Virus record (IMG/VR): IMGVR_UViG_3300005611_000162
Location: 1 to 27,697 of that record
From: a virus
Taxonomy: Duplodnaviria > Caudoviricetes
Direction: 5' to 3' (one strand)
Length of the DNA stretch: 27,697 nt
Positions 9,193 through 17,407 of the stretch are shown one piece after another. Both the position numbers and the translations under genes were made by a program. The notes beneath the pieces are model-generated. The model ran no database searches. It saw only the letters and a list, made by a program, of their open reading frames with translations, and was not told the DNA's origin. The number at the start of each line of letters is the position of its first letter. The first letter of the stretch is position 1.

Positions 9193-9532
9193 CGTGTTCT
9201 TTTATGAATGATAGTTTGCAGTCTATGTTATCGTGGTTCTTTACCTTGTCGATGTTCGCCTCCCAAGACTCCCATTCCATGTGTGAGGTGCGGCTTTCCA
9301 GCTGGATGTTATTTAAGTCCCAAGATAGCTCCGATTTGCCAAGCTCCTGGCAGCGTTTCACCGATATGATATGAGAGCAATCTAAAGGCTCATCGGTTCG
9401 GCCACTCGCCCAACAAAAACTCATGCCATCTTGTGCAGCGTTTAATCGTAGCTGTTTTTTAGCCTGAGAGACTAAGTCATCTATCTTATGCTTTTTAACA
9501 TAAGACCCTGTACTCATCTTGTATCTACTCAT
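9140..9532 (-). CDS. NinG/HNH-like endonuclease
   Basis: FCWASG...LDCSHIIS...WDLNNIQLESRTSH. Confidence 0.55.
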   Translation of the reverse strand: MSRYKMSTGSYVKKHKIDDLVSQAKKQLRLNAAQDGMSFCWASGRTDEPLDCSHIISVKRCQELGKSELSWDLNNIQLESRTSHMEWESWEANIDKVKNHDNIDCKLSFIKEHDEESYHRFQSLLGLDTE

Positions 9533-9867
9533 ACAGCATCGGGAATATAGTGGGAGAGAACCTGAATTAAAAATTCGGGAAACACCTTGTCTTCTTTCTT
9601 AGAGTCTAGGTATTTGTAGATGTCTGTGAATATCTCCTCTGGGAGGGCTTCGGGTATTTCTCCTGTGGCCTCCCATTCACCTAGTTGCTTGAGGGCATCT
9701 TCTTTCTTTACGCTACCTGCGTAGATTTCGTAGTGAGAGAAGACTTGTATCAAGAACTTCTCCTTGAATAAAGTTACAAGCCAGTGCCATTGTCTATTGC
9801 TGATGGCCTTAGCAAAGGTTTGCTTTCTCTTCTTCTTGTTGATGTGTGGTTTTTGATATGCTTTCAT
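9529..9867 (-). CDS. Hypothetical protein
   Basis: 112-aa ORF, ATGA-coupled on both sides. Confidence 0.7.
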   Translation of the reverse strand: MKAYQKPHINKKKRKQTFAKAISNRQWHWLVTLFKEKFLIQVFSHYEIYAGSVKKEDALKQLGEWEATGEIPEALPEEIFTDIYKYLDSKKEDKVFPEFLIQVLSHYIPDAV

Positions 9868-10244
9868 TTTTTCAGCCTGTTAATTGTTTGTGTCATTTTG
9901 CCTATGCGTCCTTGAAGCGATTGTACTTCTCTTTTATGCCTAAGGTTCTCCAGCTTGGCTGTGCGCTTACATTCCGATAGCTGTGAGTTAAGAGATTCTA
10001 TTTTACGGTGGAGCTCTTGGATGTGCTCTAGGTAGCTTCGCATCTCTTCGCTGTAAGACTTTTCTGTTTTCACGGCCTCTTTAATGTAAGCCTTCTCAGA
10101 CTCCAACCTTTTAATCTCGGATTCAATCTTTGAAACCCCAAGGTCGTAGTACATGTCTTCTGATTGGTCTCTCAAAGACCAAATAATGTAGACCCCTATG
10201 ATAATTAAGAGGGATACTGATGAAAGGTAAAGTAGTGTTTCCAT
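9864..10244 (-). CDS. Membrane-anchored coiled-coil protein
   Basis: N-terminal hydrophobic helix LLYLSSVSLLIIIGVYIIW followed by heptad-rich region. Confidence 0.65.
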   Translation of the reverse strand: METLLYLSSVSLLIIIGVYIIWSLRDQSEDMYYDLGVSKIESEIKRLESEKAYIKEAVKTEKSYSEEMRSYLEHIQELHRKIESLNSQLSECKRTAKLENLRHKREVQSLQGRIGKMTQTINRLKK

Positions 10245-10245
10245 G

Positions 10246-10719
10246 TCAGTCGGTTATTTCGAGTTGGTCAATGTCAATTCCAAGTTTCTCGGCTATTTCT
10301 GCACGGGTCAGCTTAACCTTTTGGGACTCTGTTGACAGTTCTCGCCAAAGTGCCCAGACCGTGGTTTCTGCTTCGTCTTTAGCCTCCTTAATAGTTTCTG
10401 CATCGCACCAACAAAGTGCAGTTCCGTTAGGTAGCGACTTAATTAAAACCCTTTGTTCCCAATTATCATTTACATGGTCTCTAACCTGCACAACCCGCTC
10501 CAAGCTATCCTTGGGAACGATTGCCATTTCTTGGTGGTAGAGGCGGGGAATTCTGTAGCTTTCGTTAAAATAGCCTTTTGCCGTGTAGAACCTACTCTTA
10601 CCATTATCAAGTATTACTCTAACAGGGTATTTTATCCCGGGGTGTGTATGAACTACCTTTCCCCATTCTTGAAGTACAAGGTCAAAAACCCTGTCTCCAA
10701 CTTTAAATTCGTGTTCCAT
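10246..10719 (-). CDS. Hypothetical phage protein
   Basis: SH3-like FKVGDRV start and C-terminal LTRAEIAEKLGIDIDQLEI module. Confidence 0.7.
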   Translation of the reverse strand: MEHEFKVGDRVFDLVLQEWGKVVHTHPGIKYPVRVILDNGKSRFYTAKGYFNESYRIPRLYHQEMAIVPKDSLERVVQVRDHVNDNWEQRVLIKSLPNGTALCWCDAETIKEAKDEAETTVWALWRELSTESQKVKLTRAEIAEKLGIDIDQLEITD

Positions 10720-10789
10720 GTCGTTTGGTTTTGTCTGTGATGTTTATATAGTTCATTACGTTTAAATGCGCCCTTTAATGATGGATTTT

Positions 10790-11233
10790 TCAATCATTTG
10801 CTTGATACAAGTTCCTGAAATGAAGTTTAATCCGCAAGGCCTTACACAAAGTTTCAATCCTGTGGTATGGCATATCAATCCTGCCGCTTACATGCTTCTC
10901 TATTTGAGCCACAGAATAACCCGTTTTTCGTGCTATATCTTTGATTCTAACGCCTCGAATCTTAATTGCATACCTGAACCCCTCGGAGAAGGATTTAGCA
11001 TTGTATTGGCCAGCGTGTAGGATTGTGAAGATTATCTCAACGTTCAAGTCCCTCATGTAGTCCTCAATGGTGGATGCCCTTGTGTTTGTTGGGTTTCTTT
11101 CAAAATTGTAAATAGCCTGCCTGCCCTTCAGTTTTGTTACAAAGATTTTCTTTGCCTCCCGTATAGCCTTTAACTCAGCAGCCATACTTTTACGGCTTTC
11201 CATGATGTGAAAATACTTATCTGTCCTTTCCAT
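10790..11233 (-). CDS. Tandem XRE-type HTH transcriptional regulator
   Basis: Two HTH-like units: LKAIREAK...RQAIYNFERN...TIEDY and IKDIARKTGYSVAQIEKHVSG...IETLCKAL. Confidence 0.7.
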   Translation of the reverse strand: MERTDKYFHIMESRKSMAAELKAIREAKKIFVTKLKGRQAIYNFERNPTNTRASTIEDYMRDLNVEIIFTILHAGQYNAKSFSEGFRYAIKIRGVRIKDIARKTGYSVAQIEKHVSGRIDMPYHRIETLCKALRIKLHFRNLYQAND

Positions 11234-11266
11234 GTGTCTCTTTAAGTCTTACGCTTTCGCTTACTG

Positions 11267-11296
11267 CAAATATATGTATTACCATTTGATAAGCAA
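11267..11296 (-). promoter_or_regulatory. Bacteroidota-type promoter
   Basis: TTG-N19-TATATTTG(CAG). Confidence 0.7.
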
Positions 11297-11341
11297 TACA
11301 ACTTGAGCGTGAAAGGTTTGTTATTTCAACGTGAGTTAACA

Positions 11342-11746
11342 TTAGACCCTTATCGAATTTTCGTAAGTCCTTGAGCCTGTGGTTTCTCTGGCTTTTTTCT
11401 TTAGCTCCTCCCTTTTTGTAATATCTGCCGTTTTCGGCCAATCTTCTGCTAGTTCGTGGAACATCATGTCTTTGAGGTCTACTTTCAGCCAGTTGCATAT
11501 AGCCCTCCAGTCGGCAAGGTCTATGATTGGGTATCTGTTGTTGTCTCGGTCTTTGAATAGATACCTTGCTGCTCCAAGCTTTGCCCTTCGCATCCATGTA
11601 TTGAACTTGGTTTGCTTCACTCCCCTGGTTTGGAGGATAAAAAGAATGTTCTGCTCAAAGATTGGGATAAGCGAAGATACTTGCATCATTGCCTCGAATT
11701 TAGCAGGCTTTTCATCCCACCTGTCTCTGTAATACTTGTACTTCAT
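11342..11746 (-). CDS. Hypothetical protein, possible degenerate HTH
   Basis: Start revised to ATG 11746 (ATGA overlap); LADWRAICNWLKVDLKDM resembles an XRE C-terminus. Confidence 0.55.
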   Translation of the reverse strand: MKYKYYRDRWDEKPAKFEAMMQVSSLIPIFEQNILFILQTRGVKQTKFNTWMRRAKLGAARYLFKDRDNNRYPIIDLADWRAICNWLKVDLKDMMFHELAEDWPKTADITKREELKKKARETTGSRTYENSIRV

Positions 11747-11865
11747 AAGTAATGGATTCCGATTAAAATTAGAAGCACTCCCCACATCGTACCGCCAAGG
11801 TAAATAAGGAAGATACCTGAAGCAAATAGCAGCCCTGCGACAATAAAATTAAAGATTCTTTTCAT
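11743..11865 (-). CDS. 40-aa two-helix membrane protein
   Basis: Not in track. MKRIFNFIVAGLLFASGIFLIYLGGTMWGVLLILIGIHYL; stop overlaps next ATG. Confidence 0.65.
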   Translation of the reverse strand: MKRIFNFIVAGLLFASGIFLIYLGGTMWGVLLILIGIHYL

Positions 11866-12100
11866 GCTTTTTTCTTTTGTTGTCCGCAATTCGTTCAATT
11901 TTCAGCGATGGCACAACGCCTGTGTACAAGTCTACTTTTACCTTTTTGCCCTGCTGGTTAAAATAACTCCCCTTGAAATGGTATATCCCGTGGGAGCATA
12001 AGATTCGGCATATTTCTTTGTTGCACTCAGCAGACGAACCCCTGAATACTTCCTTGCCTTTTACGAATACTGTTGATAAGTGCTTTCTCATTTGTTCCAT
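11849..12100 (-). CDS. Hypothetical protein
   Basis: 83-aa basic ORF in the operon. Confidence 0.6.
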   Translation of the reverse strand: MEQMRKHLSTVFVKGKEVFRGSSAECNKEICRILCSHGIYHFKGSYFNQQGKKVKVDLYTGVVPSLKIERIADNKRKKHEKNL

Positions 12101-12158
12101 TTTTCAATCATTGCTTTTTTTAGGTGTTCGCGGCAAATATCCGCAGTTTGTATTTGGT

Positions 12159-12491
12159 TCATGGGTAATAGATTTTATTTCCGATTACAAAGGAGTCTAG
12201 ATACTCAGGTATTCTAGCTTTCGCCTCCCATACACTACTACATACTTTACAGTTGTAATGGTGGGTAAGTTCTCTTTTTGCCCCTTCGTCCCAAAACTCT
12301 GGTATCTCAAGGTTCTGAATAAACTTCACCGCCTCTTCGGTTTGGGCGTTGACTGTTATATTCCCATTTCTGACAATGTAGTTAACGTCTATGCGGTCTC
12401 CGTTGATTCGCTTCAGTTGATTGACTAAAGCTTGTGACGTGCCGAAGAATGGCCGCACTTGTTCTTTTGTTGGTTTGCCTAAGATTGTCAT
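12159..12491 (-). CDS. Hypothetical protein
   Basis: 110-aa ORF with one CxxC. Confidence 0.65.
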   Translation of the reverse strand: MTILGKPTKEQVRPFFGTSQALVNQLKRINGDRIDVNYIVRNGNITVNAQTEEAVKFIQNLEIPEFWDEGAKRELTHHYNCKVCSSVWEAKARIPEYLDSFVIGNKIYYP

Positions 12492-12643
12492 TTGTTCTCC
12501 ATTTTAAGTTTGCGTTTCTCTGATACTTGGGCTTTTGCTGAGCGTAAAACCCTGCGTGGTGCACAAATATCTGTTACGGATTCAGAAATGGGCATGCGCC
12601 CTGTTATCTCATATTCTATGTTTATTGTTTCGTGTTGTTTCAT
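12488..12643 (-). CDS. Hypothetical protein (51 aa)
   Basis: Start revised to ATG preceded by AAACACC leader. Confidence 0.55.
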   Translation of the reverse strand: MKQHETINIEYEITGRMPISESVTDICAPRRVLRSAKAQVSEKRKLKMENK

Positions 12644-12654
12644 GGTGTTTGATT

Positions 12655-13200
12655 TTATGCGTACCAGGAGCACGATTTAGGTTTTCCATCGTAAGGTCTT
12701 AGCGTTCCTCTGTGGCTTTCTATTTTCAAGCCATACTTGCCAATACGTCTCATAAATGGTTCGCCTGTTAGCTTTTCAGGTACGGGTTCTGTGTTCCCTG
12801 ACATAAAGCCCGTTTCAATTATAGACGCTCCAATTTTATGGAGCCATACAGCGGCCTTGGTCCTTCTGACAATGATATAAAAATCAATGTTTGTTTGCTC
12901 CCAGCCCCAAGAGTCGTACATGATTTGACCTACTTTAAGAGAGTCGTTCTCCTTTTGCTTTTTCTCCCTGTATGCCCGTGCTTCATCTGCCCGTTGGGTT
13001 ATTGCCTGCTTAATGTCTTGCACCCATTGTTCCCGCTCTTGTTCTGTTTTGAAACGGTAGTAATGTTGCGGACGCTTTGTTGAGTATTCCCACACTGCCA
13101 CTGCGGTGTCATGTCGGATAAAGTAGGCCTTCTCGTGTTTCTCAATTTGCCCGTTTTTGATTTGGGCAAATTGGTTGATTCTTTGCTCGTGTTTTGTCAT
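12655..13200 (-). CDS. Hypothetical early protein
   Basis: 181 aa, AAACACC-ATG leader; LKVGQIMYDSWGWEQTNIDFY motif. Confidence 0.75.
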   Translation of the reverse strand: MTKHEQRINQFAQIKNGQIEKHEKAYFIRHDTAVAVWEYSTKRPQHYYRFKTEQEREQWVQDIKQAITQRADEARAYREKKQKENDSLKVGQIMYDSWGWEQTNIDFYIIVRRTKAAVWLHKIGASIIETGFMSGNTEPVPEKLTGEPFMRRIGKYGLKIESHRGTLRPYDGKPKSCSWYA

Positions 13201-13220
13201 GGTGTTTACGTGTTTGTGTT

Positions 13221-13667
13221 TTAAATATCTCTATTATCTGCCATTGAGTAGTAGCTGTCCTCGGTCAAGATAAGATGGTCAAGAAGTTCGCTATCTAGTA
13301 AAGATAAAGCCTCCCTTACCTTCTTTGTTATTTTTATGTCCGCTCCGCTCGGTTTTAAAGTTCCGCTCGGATGATTATGGCAAAGGATTACATGTGACGC
13401 TAAGTCATCAACTACATACTTGAGGATTATTTTTACGTCTACCACAGTTCCGGAAACGCCTCCCTGGGATATTTTGGCAAAGCCGATTGTATTGTTCGCA
13501 CGGTTAAGCAAGAGGATGAAAAACGATTCATAAATACCAATATCTCCGTGGTAAAATTGCCGTACAAATTGTTCAGCATCTTTTGAAGATGTGATTTTGA
13601 CTTTCGGAAAGTCCGTGTCTGTTTTCCGTAGCTCGTAAAGCTTGGTTTTGGCTTTGTATTTTTTCAT
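13221..13667 (-). CDS. radC: RadC-like JAB/MPN domain protein (UPF0758)
   Basis: ESFFILLLNRAN, GGVSGTVVD, HNHPSG...PSGAD, LLDHLIL. Confidence 0.92.
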   Translation of the reverse strand: MKKYKAKTKLYELRKTDTDFPKVKITSSKDAEQFVRQFYHGDIGIYESFFILLLNRANNTIGFAKISQGGVSGTVVDVKIILKYVVDDLASHVILCHNHPSGTLKPSGADIKITKKVREALSLLDSELLDHLILTEDSYYSMADNRDI

Positions 13668-13852
13668 AATTCGTAGTTTAAAAGTTCTAAGGCCTGCAAT
13701 ACTCGAAGAACAGCATTTGACTGCCTTTGCTTTTCTGCTTTGCTTGCTTGTGATTGCTTTTCACCTTTGTTCATTTGTTGGTTCAGGATTTCATCTGCCT
13801 GTTCCATTGCTGTGGTGGCATCTTGCGCCAACTGTTTTAATTTCTGTGTCAT
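13664..13852 (-). CDS. Hypothetical helical protein (62 aa)
   Basis: Start revised to ATG 13852 with AAACACCAAAACACC leader; the track's longer start runs through the RNA element. Confidence 0.6.
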   Translation of the reverse strand: MTQKLKQLAQDATTAMEQADEILNQQMNKGEKQSQASKAEKQRQSNAVLRVLQALELLNYEL

Positions 13853-13870
13853 GGTGTTTTGGTGTTTAGT

Positions 13871-13914
13871 TCCCCTGCCTAGTTTCGCTCTAGGTTCGCT
13901 CATAGCTCAGGGGA
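13871..13914 (-). ncRNA. tRNA-like (acceptor+T-arm, anticodon-less) element, copy 1
   Basis: TCCCCTG-AGCTATGAGCGAA-CCTAG-AGCGAAA-CTAGG-CAGGGGA then ACTAAACACC. Confidence 0.6.
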
Positions 13915-13924
13915 TGTTGGTTTG

Positions 13925-14566
13925 TTATGCTTCTTCTATCTCCCAAGCTGTTGAAATAGCGTCTGAAATGTCGGACTGGATTTCGTTCATAATGTGGTCA
14001 ACGTTTGGAATTTCAAAGCCCTGTTTTTCAAACTGCTGTAAAATTTCCCAAATTTCGGTGGTGTGTCGTTCTATGGTTTCGATTTTTTCCTGTTCAGCAT
14101 CTTCGTATTCTTCGCTGCCGCAAGAGTCGGGGTTGGCGTAAATTGCATGAGCATACAGTTCATCTCCGCCTTCGTAATATTTGAAGCTTAAAGCCTCAGG
14201 TTCAATGTCAATGAATTTTGACAAAGATTCTTTTTTGAGATTGAAAGATATGCGTATTTCTCCCTCAGGCCATCTCTCAACATTAAACTCAACCTTTGGC
14301 CGCTCGAAGTCCCATGCAGGGTCTGTAATTCCTGCGTATAGTTCATCGCTGGTTAGGTTTTCTGGCTCTACTACTTCATATCGGTAGTCTCCAAAGTCTA
14401 GAGTAAATTCGGATTCATTAAGCCATCGCCCGCCCTGGTCTAGGATTCTGCCATCATCTTGGTCAAAGATATGCTCCCGCTCGGATACTAGGTTGTGAAA
14501 TTGCTCCAAGTTTTCAGCGTGGCCGATAAATTGGATTTTGTCCGTGTGTTTAAAAACTGCGTTCAT
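13925..14566 (-). CDS. Highly acidic hypothetical protein
   Basis: 213 aa; by hand about 50 D/E versus under 20 K/R. Confidence 0.75.
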   Translation of the reverse strand: MNAVFKHTDKIQFIGHAENLEQFHNLVSEREHIFDQDDGRILDQGGRWLNESEFTLDFGDYRYEVVEPENLTSDELYAGITDPAWDFERPKVEFNVERWPEGEIRISFNLKKESLSKFIDIEPEALSFKYYEGGDELYAHAIYANPDSCGSEEYEDAEQEKIETIERHTTEIWEILQQFEKQGFEIPNVDHIMNEIQSDISDAISTAWEIEEA

Positions 14567-14585
14567 GGTATGTGGTGTTTAGTGT

Positions 14586-15191
14586 TTAGATTTGTTGACC
14601 TTCTTCGGTAAATTCGTATCCGTTGGCCTCGATGGTTTCCGTTAAATACTCTTCAGAGTTCACCCATTCTTCGGCATCAATGAAGCATTGTTCCGCTGCG
14701 TTTTCCATTTCCTGAATCAAGTCCTCAAAGGTTGTATGCTTGCAAGGGTTTTGCATAAAGTCGTAAACAGGCTTCAATATGTCGTTGTCATAGCATACAC
14801 CTGTTAAGGTGCAGTCATTATTAAACATTACCTTTGAATGCCTCGATTTAAGAACTGGAAAGCCTTCTTTATAGTATTTGTAAGATACTTCGGTCTTGCT
14901 CCATAGGGAGTAGTATTTACCACTAAATAGGCTCTGCCAATAGTTGTTGGTAAGATACTTTAGTAGGCGGATACCTGACAAGCCTAAAATATCATCATCT
15001 ATATGTCCAGTCCTAAAGTCTGTCCATTCATTGGCCGTTTTAATGTCGAACAGCTCTGTAATGGCTTTTATGCTGTTTACAATGTCATCGGCATAAAAGG
15101 TGTCGTTCCTTCTTACTGAATTTAGAGCTACTTGCTTTGCCTGTTCGCTCAGTTCGCTGAACGTGTAGACTTTTGTTTCAATGGTTCTCAT
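14586..15191 (-). CDS. Conserved early-region hypothetical protein
   Basis: Start revised to 15191. MRTIETKVYTFSELSEQAK...TIEANGYEFTEEG termini resemble a family I recall from phage/plasmid leading regions; function unknown. Confidence 0.75.
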   Translation of the reverse strand: MRTIETKVYTFSELSEQAKQVALNSVRRNDTFYADDIVNSIKAITELFDIKTANEWTDFRTGHIDDDILGLSGIRLLKYLTNNYWQSLFSGKYYSLWSKTEVSYKYYKEGFPVLKSRHSKVMFNNDCTLTGVCYDNDILKPVYDFMQNPCKHTTFEDLIQEMENAAEQCFIDAEEWVNSEEYLTETIEANGYEFTEEGQQI

Positions 15192-15215
15192 GGTGTTTTG
15201 GTGTTTGTGTTGAGA

Positions 15216-15265
15216 CAAATTTAAAAAGGGTTTTTATCATTTGCAAGTTTCATGCAAAGAAATTT
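15216..15265 (-). promoter_or_regulatory. Early promoter with upstream AAATTTCTTT box
   Basis: AAATTTCTTT-N9-TTG-N20-TAAATTTG. Confidence 0.7.
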
Positions 15266-15443
15266 CAATTTTATTTTTCGGGCGGATAGCGTTCATGTAA
15301 TGCTTCAGGGCTTTGTCGTGCTGTTTAAAGCCTGTTTTTTCAAGCTTGCCGCCTCGGTTTACTTTCACAAGGTATTCACCTGTGTATATATTCAGGTCAA
15401 TAGAGGCAATTAGATTGTCGGTATAGTGGGCCTGGATTATCAT
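15237..15443 (-). CDS. Hypothetical protein
   Basis: 68-aa ORF, ATGA-coupled. Confidence 0.6.
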   Translation of the reverse strand: MIIQAHYTDNLIASIDLNIYTGEYLVKVNRGGKLEKTGFKQHDKALKHYMNAIRPKNKIEISLHETCK

Positions 15444-15628
15444 ACTACTTCGATTTTAATTTCTTGGTATCCATTTTCCTGAGCATATTTTTGCGCTGCT
15501 TCTTTTAGCTCCTCAAGGTTTGTATATCCTTGTGCGCTGTAGATGAGCTCTTCTTTGCCTGGTTTTATTACGTGGACTGTTGTTACTGTCTCGGCGTGTT
15601 GTGGCTTTATGTTTTCGGTTATTTTCAT
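15440..15628 (-). CDS. Hypothetical protein
   Basis: 62-aa ORF. Confidence 0.6.
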   Translation of the reverse strand: MKITENIKPQHAETVTTVHVIKPGKEELIYSAQGYTNLEELKEAAQKYAQENGYQEIKIEVV

Positions 15629-15633
15629 AATTT

Positions 15634-16020
15634 TTAAGCGTTAGATAGGTTTAGCCATTGGTCGTATATTTCTTTATAGCGTACTCCCATACGCTCGGAT
15701 AGCTCGTTAAAAACCCTTTCCCGAACCACTGAATCGTGAACCCCAATGTATTCGTAAATGCGTCCAAGGTTCTTTTTCGCTCCTTTAAATGTTGCGGAGG
15801 GGCTTATCTCATCCCCTAGTTCATCCTTTGGAAAAGTTAAAATATACCAGAGTTTTATACTTTCCTTTTGAAGATTTTCGCATGCTTCATTTGTCGCTTC
15901 CTTAATAGCTTTTAGCAAAAGGTCTATCCATTCCTCATTGAATAGACGCTCCTCTTCGCTGTTGGATTCGTTTTCCTTTTTTAGCTGCGCTATTAGTTGG
16001 CATCCCTCTTGTATTGTCAT
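15634..16020 (-). CDS. Hypothetical protein
   Basis: 128 aa, GCACC-ATG leader; FPKDELG...GVHDSVVRERVF...IYDQWL C-terminal module. Confidence 0.7.
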   Translation of the reverse strand: MTIQEGCQLIAQLKKENESNSEEERLFNEEWIDLLLKAIKEATNEACENLQKESIKLWYILTFPKDELGDEISPSATFKGAKKNLGRIYEYIGVHDSVVRERVFNELSERMGVRYKEIYDQWLNLSNA

Positions 16021-16030
16021 GGTGCTATGT

Positions 16031-16429
16031 TTAAATGTTGTTTAATTTGATGGGCTTGGCTAAACTCAGCCAATGATTCGTATATATGTTCAGTTCCGGG
16101 TATAGCTTTTTCAGCTCTTGGATACAGTGGACGCAACGTCTTAACGCATCCCATTTAACGTATACATTTGAATCTCTGAATGCGTCCGCCTCTTCTCTGG
16201 TTTCTATAGCTATCCCTCTTAAGTAATTCGCTTTTTCCTGCTTTGTGGGCTGCCATGTTTCCCTGTCAAAGTCTCTAAGGGCTTTTTCTGCTATTTCTAA
16301 ATGCTCTGCTTGTGAGAGTCCTGTATAGTCTTTTAATTCGGGGAAATACCCGTTTTGGTAGTAGTCTACTACCTGTTTTAGCTCTTGTATTTTAAAAGCT
16401 ATGAATCGGTTTTTTAGATACGTTTCCAT
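16031..16429 (-). CDS. Hypothetical protein
   Basis: 132-aa ORF, ACC-ATG leader. Confidence 0.7.
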   Translation of the reverse strand: METYLKNRFIAFKIQELKQVVDYYQNGYFPELKDYTGLSQAEHLEIAEKALRDFDRETWQPTKQEKANYLRGIAIETREEADAFRDSNVYVKWDALRRCVHCIQELKKLYPELNIYTNHWLSLAKPIKLNNI

Positions 16430-16455
16430 GGTCTGAATTATTAAAGGTGTTTAGC

Positions 16456-16505
16456 TCCCTCCATCGGTTTCGCTCCAAACTATGGCTAATCTACTAGCGG
16501 AGGGA
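16456..16505 (-). ncRNA. tRNA-like (acceptor+T-arm, anticodon-less) element, copy 2
   Basis: TCCCTCC-GCTAGTAGATTAGC-CATAG-TTTGG-AGCGAAA-CCGAT-GGAGGGA then GCTAAACACC. Confidence 0.6.
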
Positions 16506-16513
16506 TGGGAGGT

Positions 16514-17032
16514 TTAAAGGTTTCTAAAATAGTGGCCGTTGGACTCAAAATAATCATGCATAAGTTCACGGGCTGCCCATTCCCAGTCTATGCACGTATA
16601 AGGCCATGACGCCTTTTTGTCCATGCATCCCAATTCTTCGGCAAATTCCTGGGCAAATTCCTCGTCTGAGTCATACTGGCCTTGATACGCTTCTTCGGCT
16701 TTGCTTATTGTGTCTGCATTGATAGCTTCGCCCATATTTTCGCAATAGGCTGCCACAATTTCAATATCAAGGTGTGAGGCCTCCAAAGCTTCCAAGGCTT
16801 CGTAAACTTGCTCCCAATCCTCCAGGCTCATGGACTCTTCAACGCCTAAAGCTTCGGCGTGTTCTTCCATGTCTTGAATCATGAATTCAGGGTCTTCCTC
16901 ATCTTCATGGGTTTCTTGCATGGCTTCCATAAGTTCTTCAGCGGTGGAATAGTCGGAAAGGTCTAGCCATTCGCCAGTCAAGTCTCCGTTGTTGTACTTG
17001 GCATAAGTGCCAACATAAATTTGTGTGTTCAT
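16514..17032 (-). CDS. ardA: Antirestriction protein ArdA (DNA mimic, type I R-M inhibitor)
   Basis: IYVGTYAKYNNGDLTGEWLDL, EFMIQD, YQGQYDSDEEFA, CIDWEWAAREL, NGHYFR; very acidic. Confidence 0.93.
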   Translation of the reverse strand: MNTQIYVGTYAKYNNGDLTGEWLDLSDYSTAEELMEAMQETHEDEEDPEFMIQDMEEHAEALGVEESMSLEDWEQVYEALEALEASHLDIEIVAAYCENMGEAINADTISKAEEAYQGQYDSDEEFAQEFAEELGCMDKKASWPYTCIDWEWAARELMHDYFESNGHYFRNL

Positions 17033-17055
17033 GGTGTGTTGTTTTTGTGTTGGTG

Positions 17056-17104
17056 TAAAGATAAAAAGGTTTTTTTAAAAAACAAATTTCAATAAAAGAA
17101 ATTT
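17056..17104 (-). promoter_or_regulatory. Early promoter of ardA with upstream AAATTTCTTT box
   Basis: AAATTTCTTT-N9-TTG-N19-TATCTTTA. Confidence 0.65.
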
Positions 17105-17129
17105 GCAAGTATTTTTTTGGGCGGAAAGG

Positions 17130-17369
17130 TTAAACCTCATTGAAACCTACTATTTTCGCAGCCTTTGCCCCTATCTTATGGCTCAGACGTACCGTATGGC
17201 CGCTGCTCCATTCGTTAAGGTATTTTTCTTTTACCGTGGCAAATTTGCATCCAGGCGCCCAAAGGACTAAATACCCGTATCCTAGCACTCCCTCTTCAAT
17301 CTGGAACACTTCACCACCTTTATTTAGGTAGTGTTCGATTAGCTGGTCTATTTGTGTGGTTGTGTACAT
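17130..17369 (-). CDS. Hypothetical protein (79 aa)
   Basis: Start revised to ACACC-ATG 17369; EEGVLGYG...KEKYLNEWSSGH. Confidence 0.7.
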   Translation of the reverse strand: MYTTTQIDQLIEHYLNKGGEVFQIEEGVLGYGYLVLWAPGCKFATVKEKYLNEWSSGHTVRLSHKIGAKAAKIVGFNEV

Positions 17370-17383
17370 GGTGTAAGTATTAA

Positions 17384-17402
17384 GGGAGGGGCAAGCCCTC
17401 CC
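17384..17402 (-). other. Intergenic GC hairpin (weak terminator or processing/stability stem)
   Basis: GGGAGGG-CTTGC-CCCTCCC followed by TTAATACTT (poor U-tract). Confidence 0.45.
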
Positions 17403-17407
17403 GTTTG

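Noticed and set aside
10786-12112. 13-bp match TTTTTCAATCATT at 10786 and 12100
   Set aside because: AT-rich, only two copies and non-palindromic; insufficient evidence for an operator.
13871-16505. Calling the two elements canonical tRNA genes
   Set aside because: Only 44-50 nt, with no anticodon arm, no TTC in the loop and no CCA; reported as tRNA-like instead.
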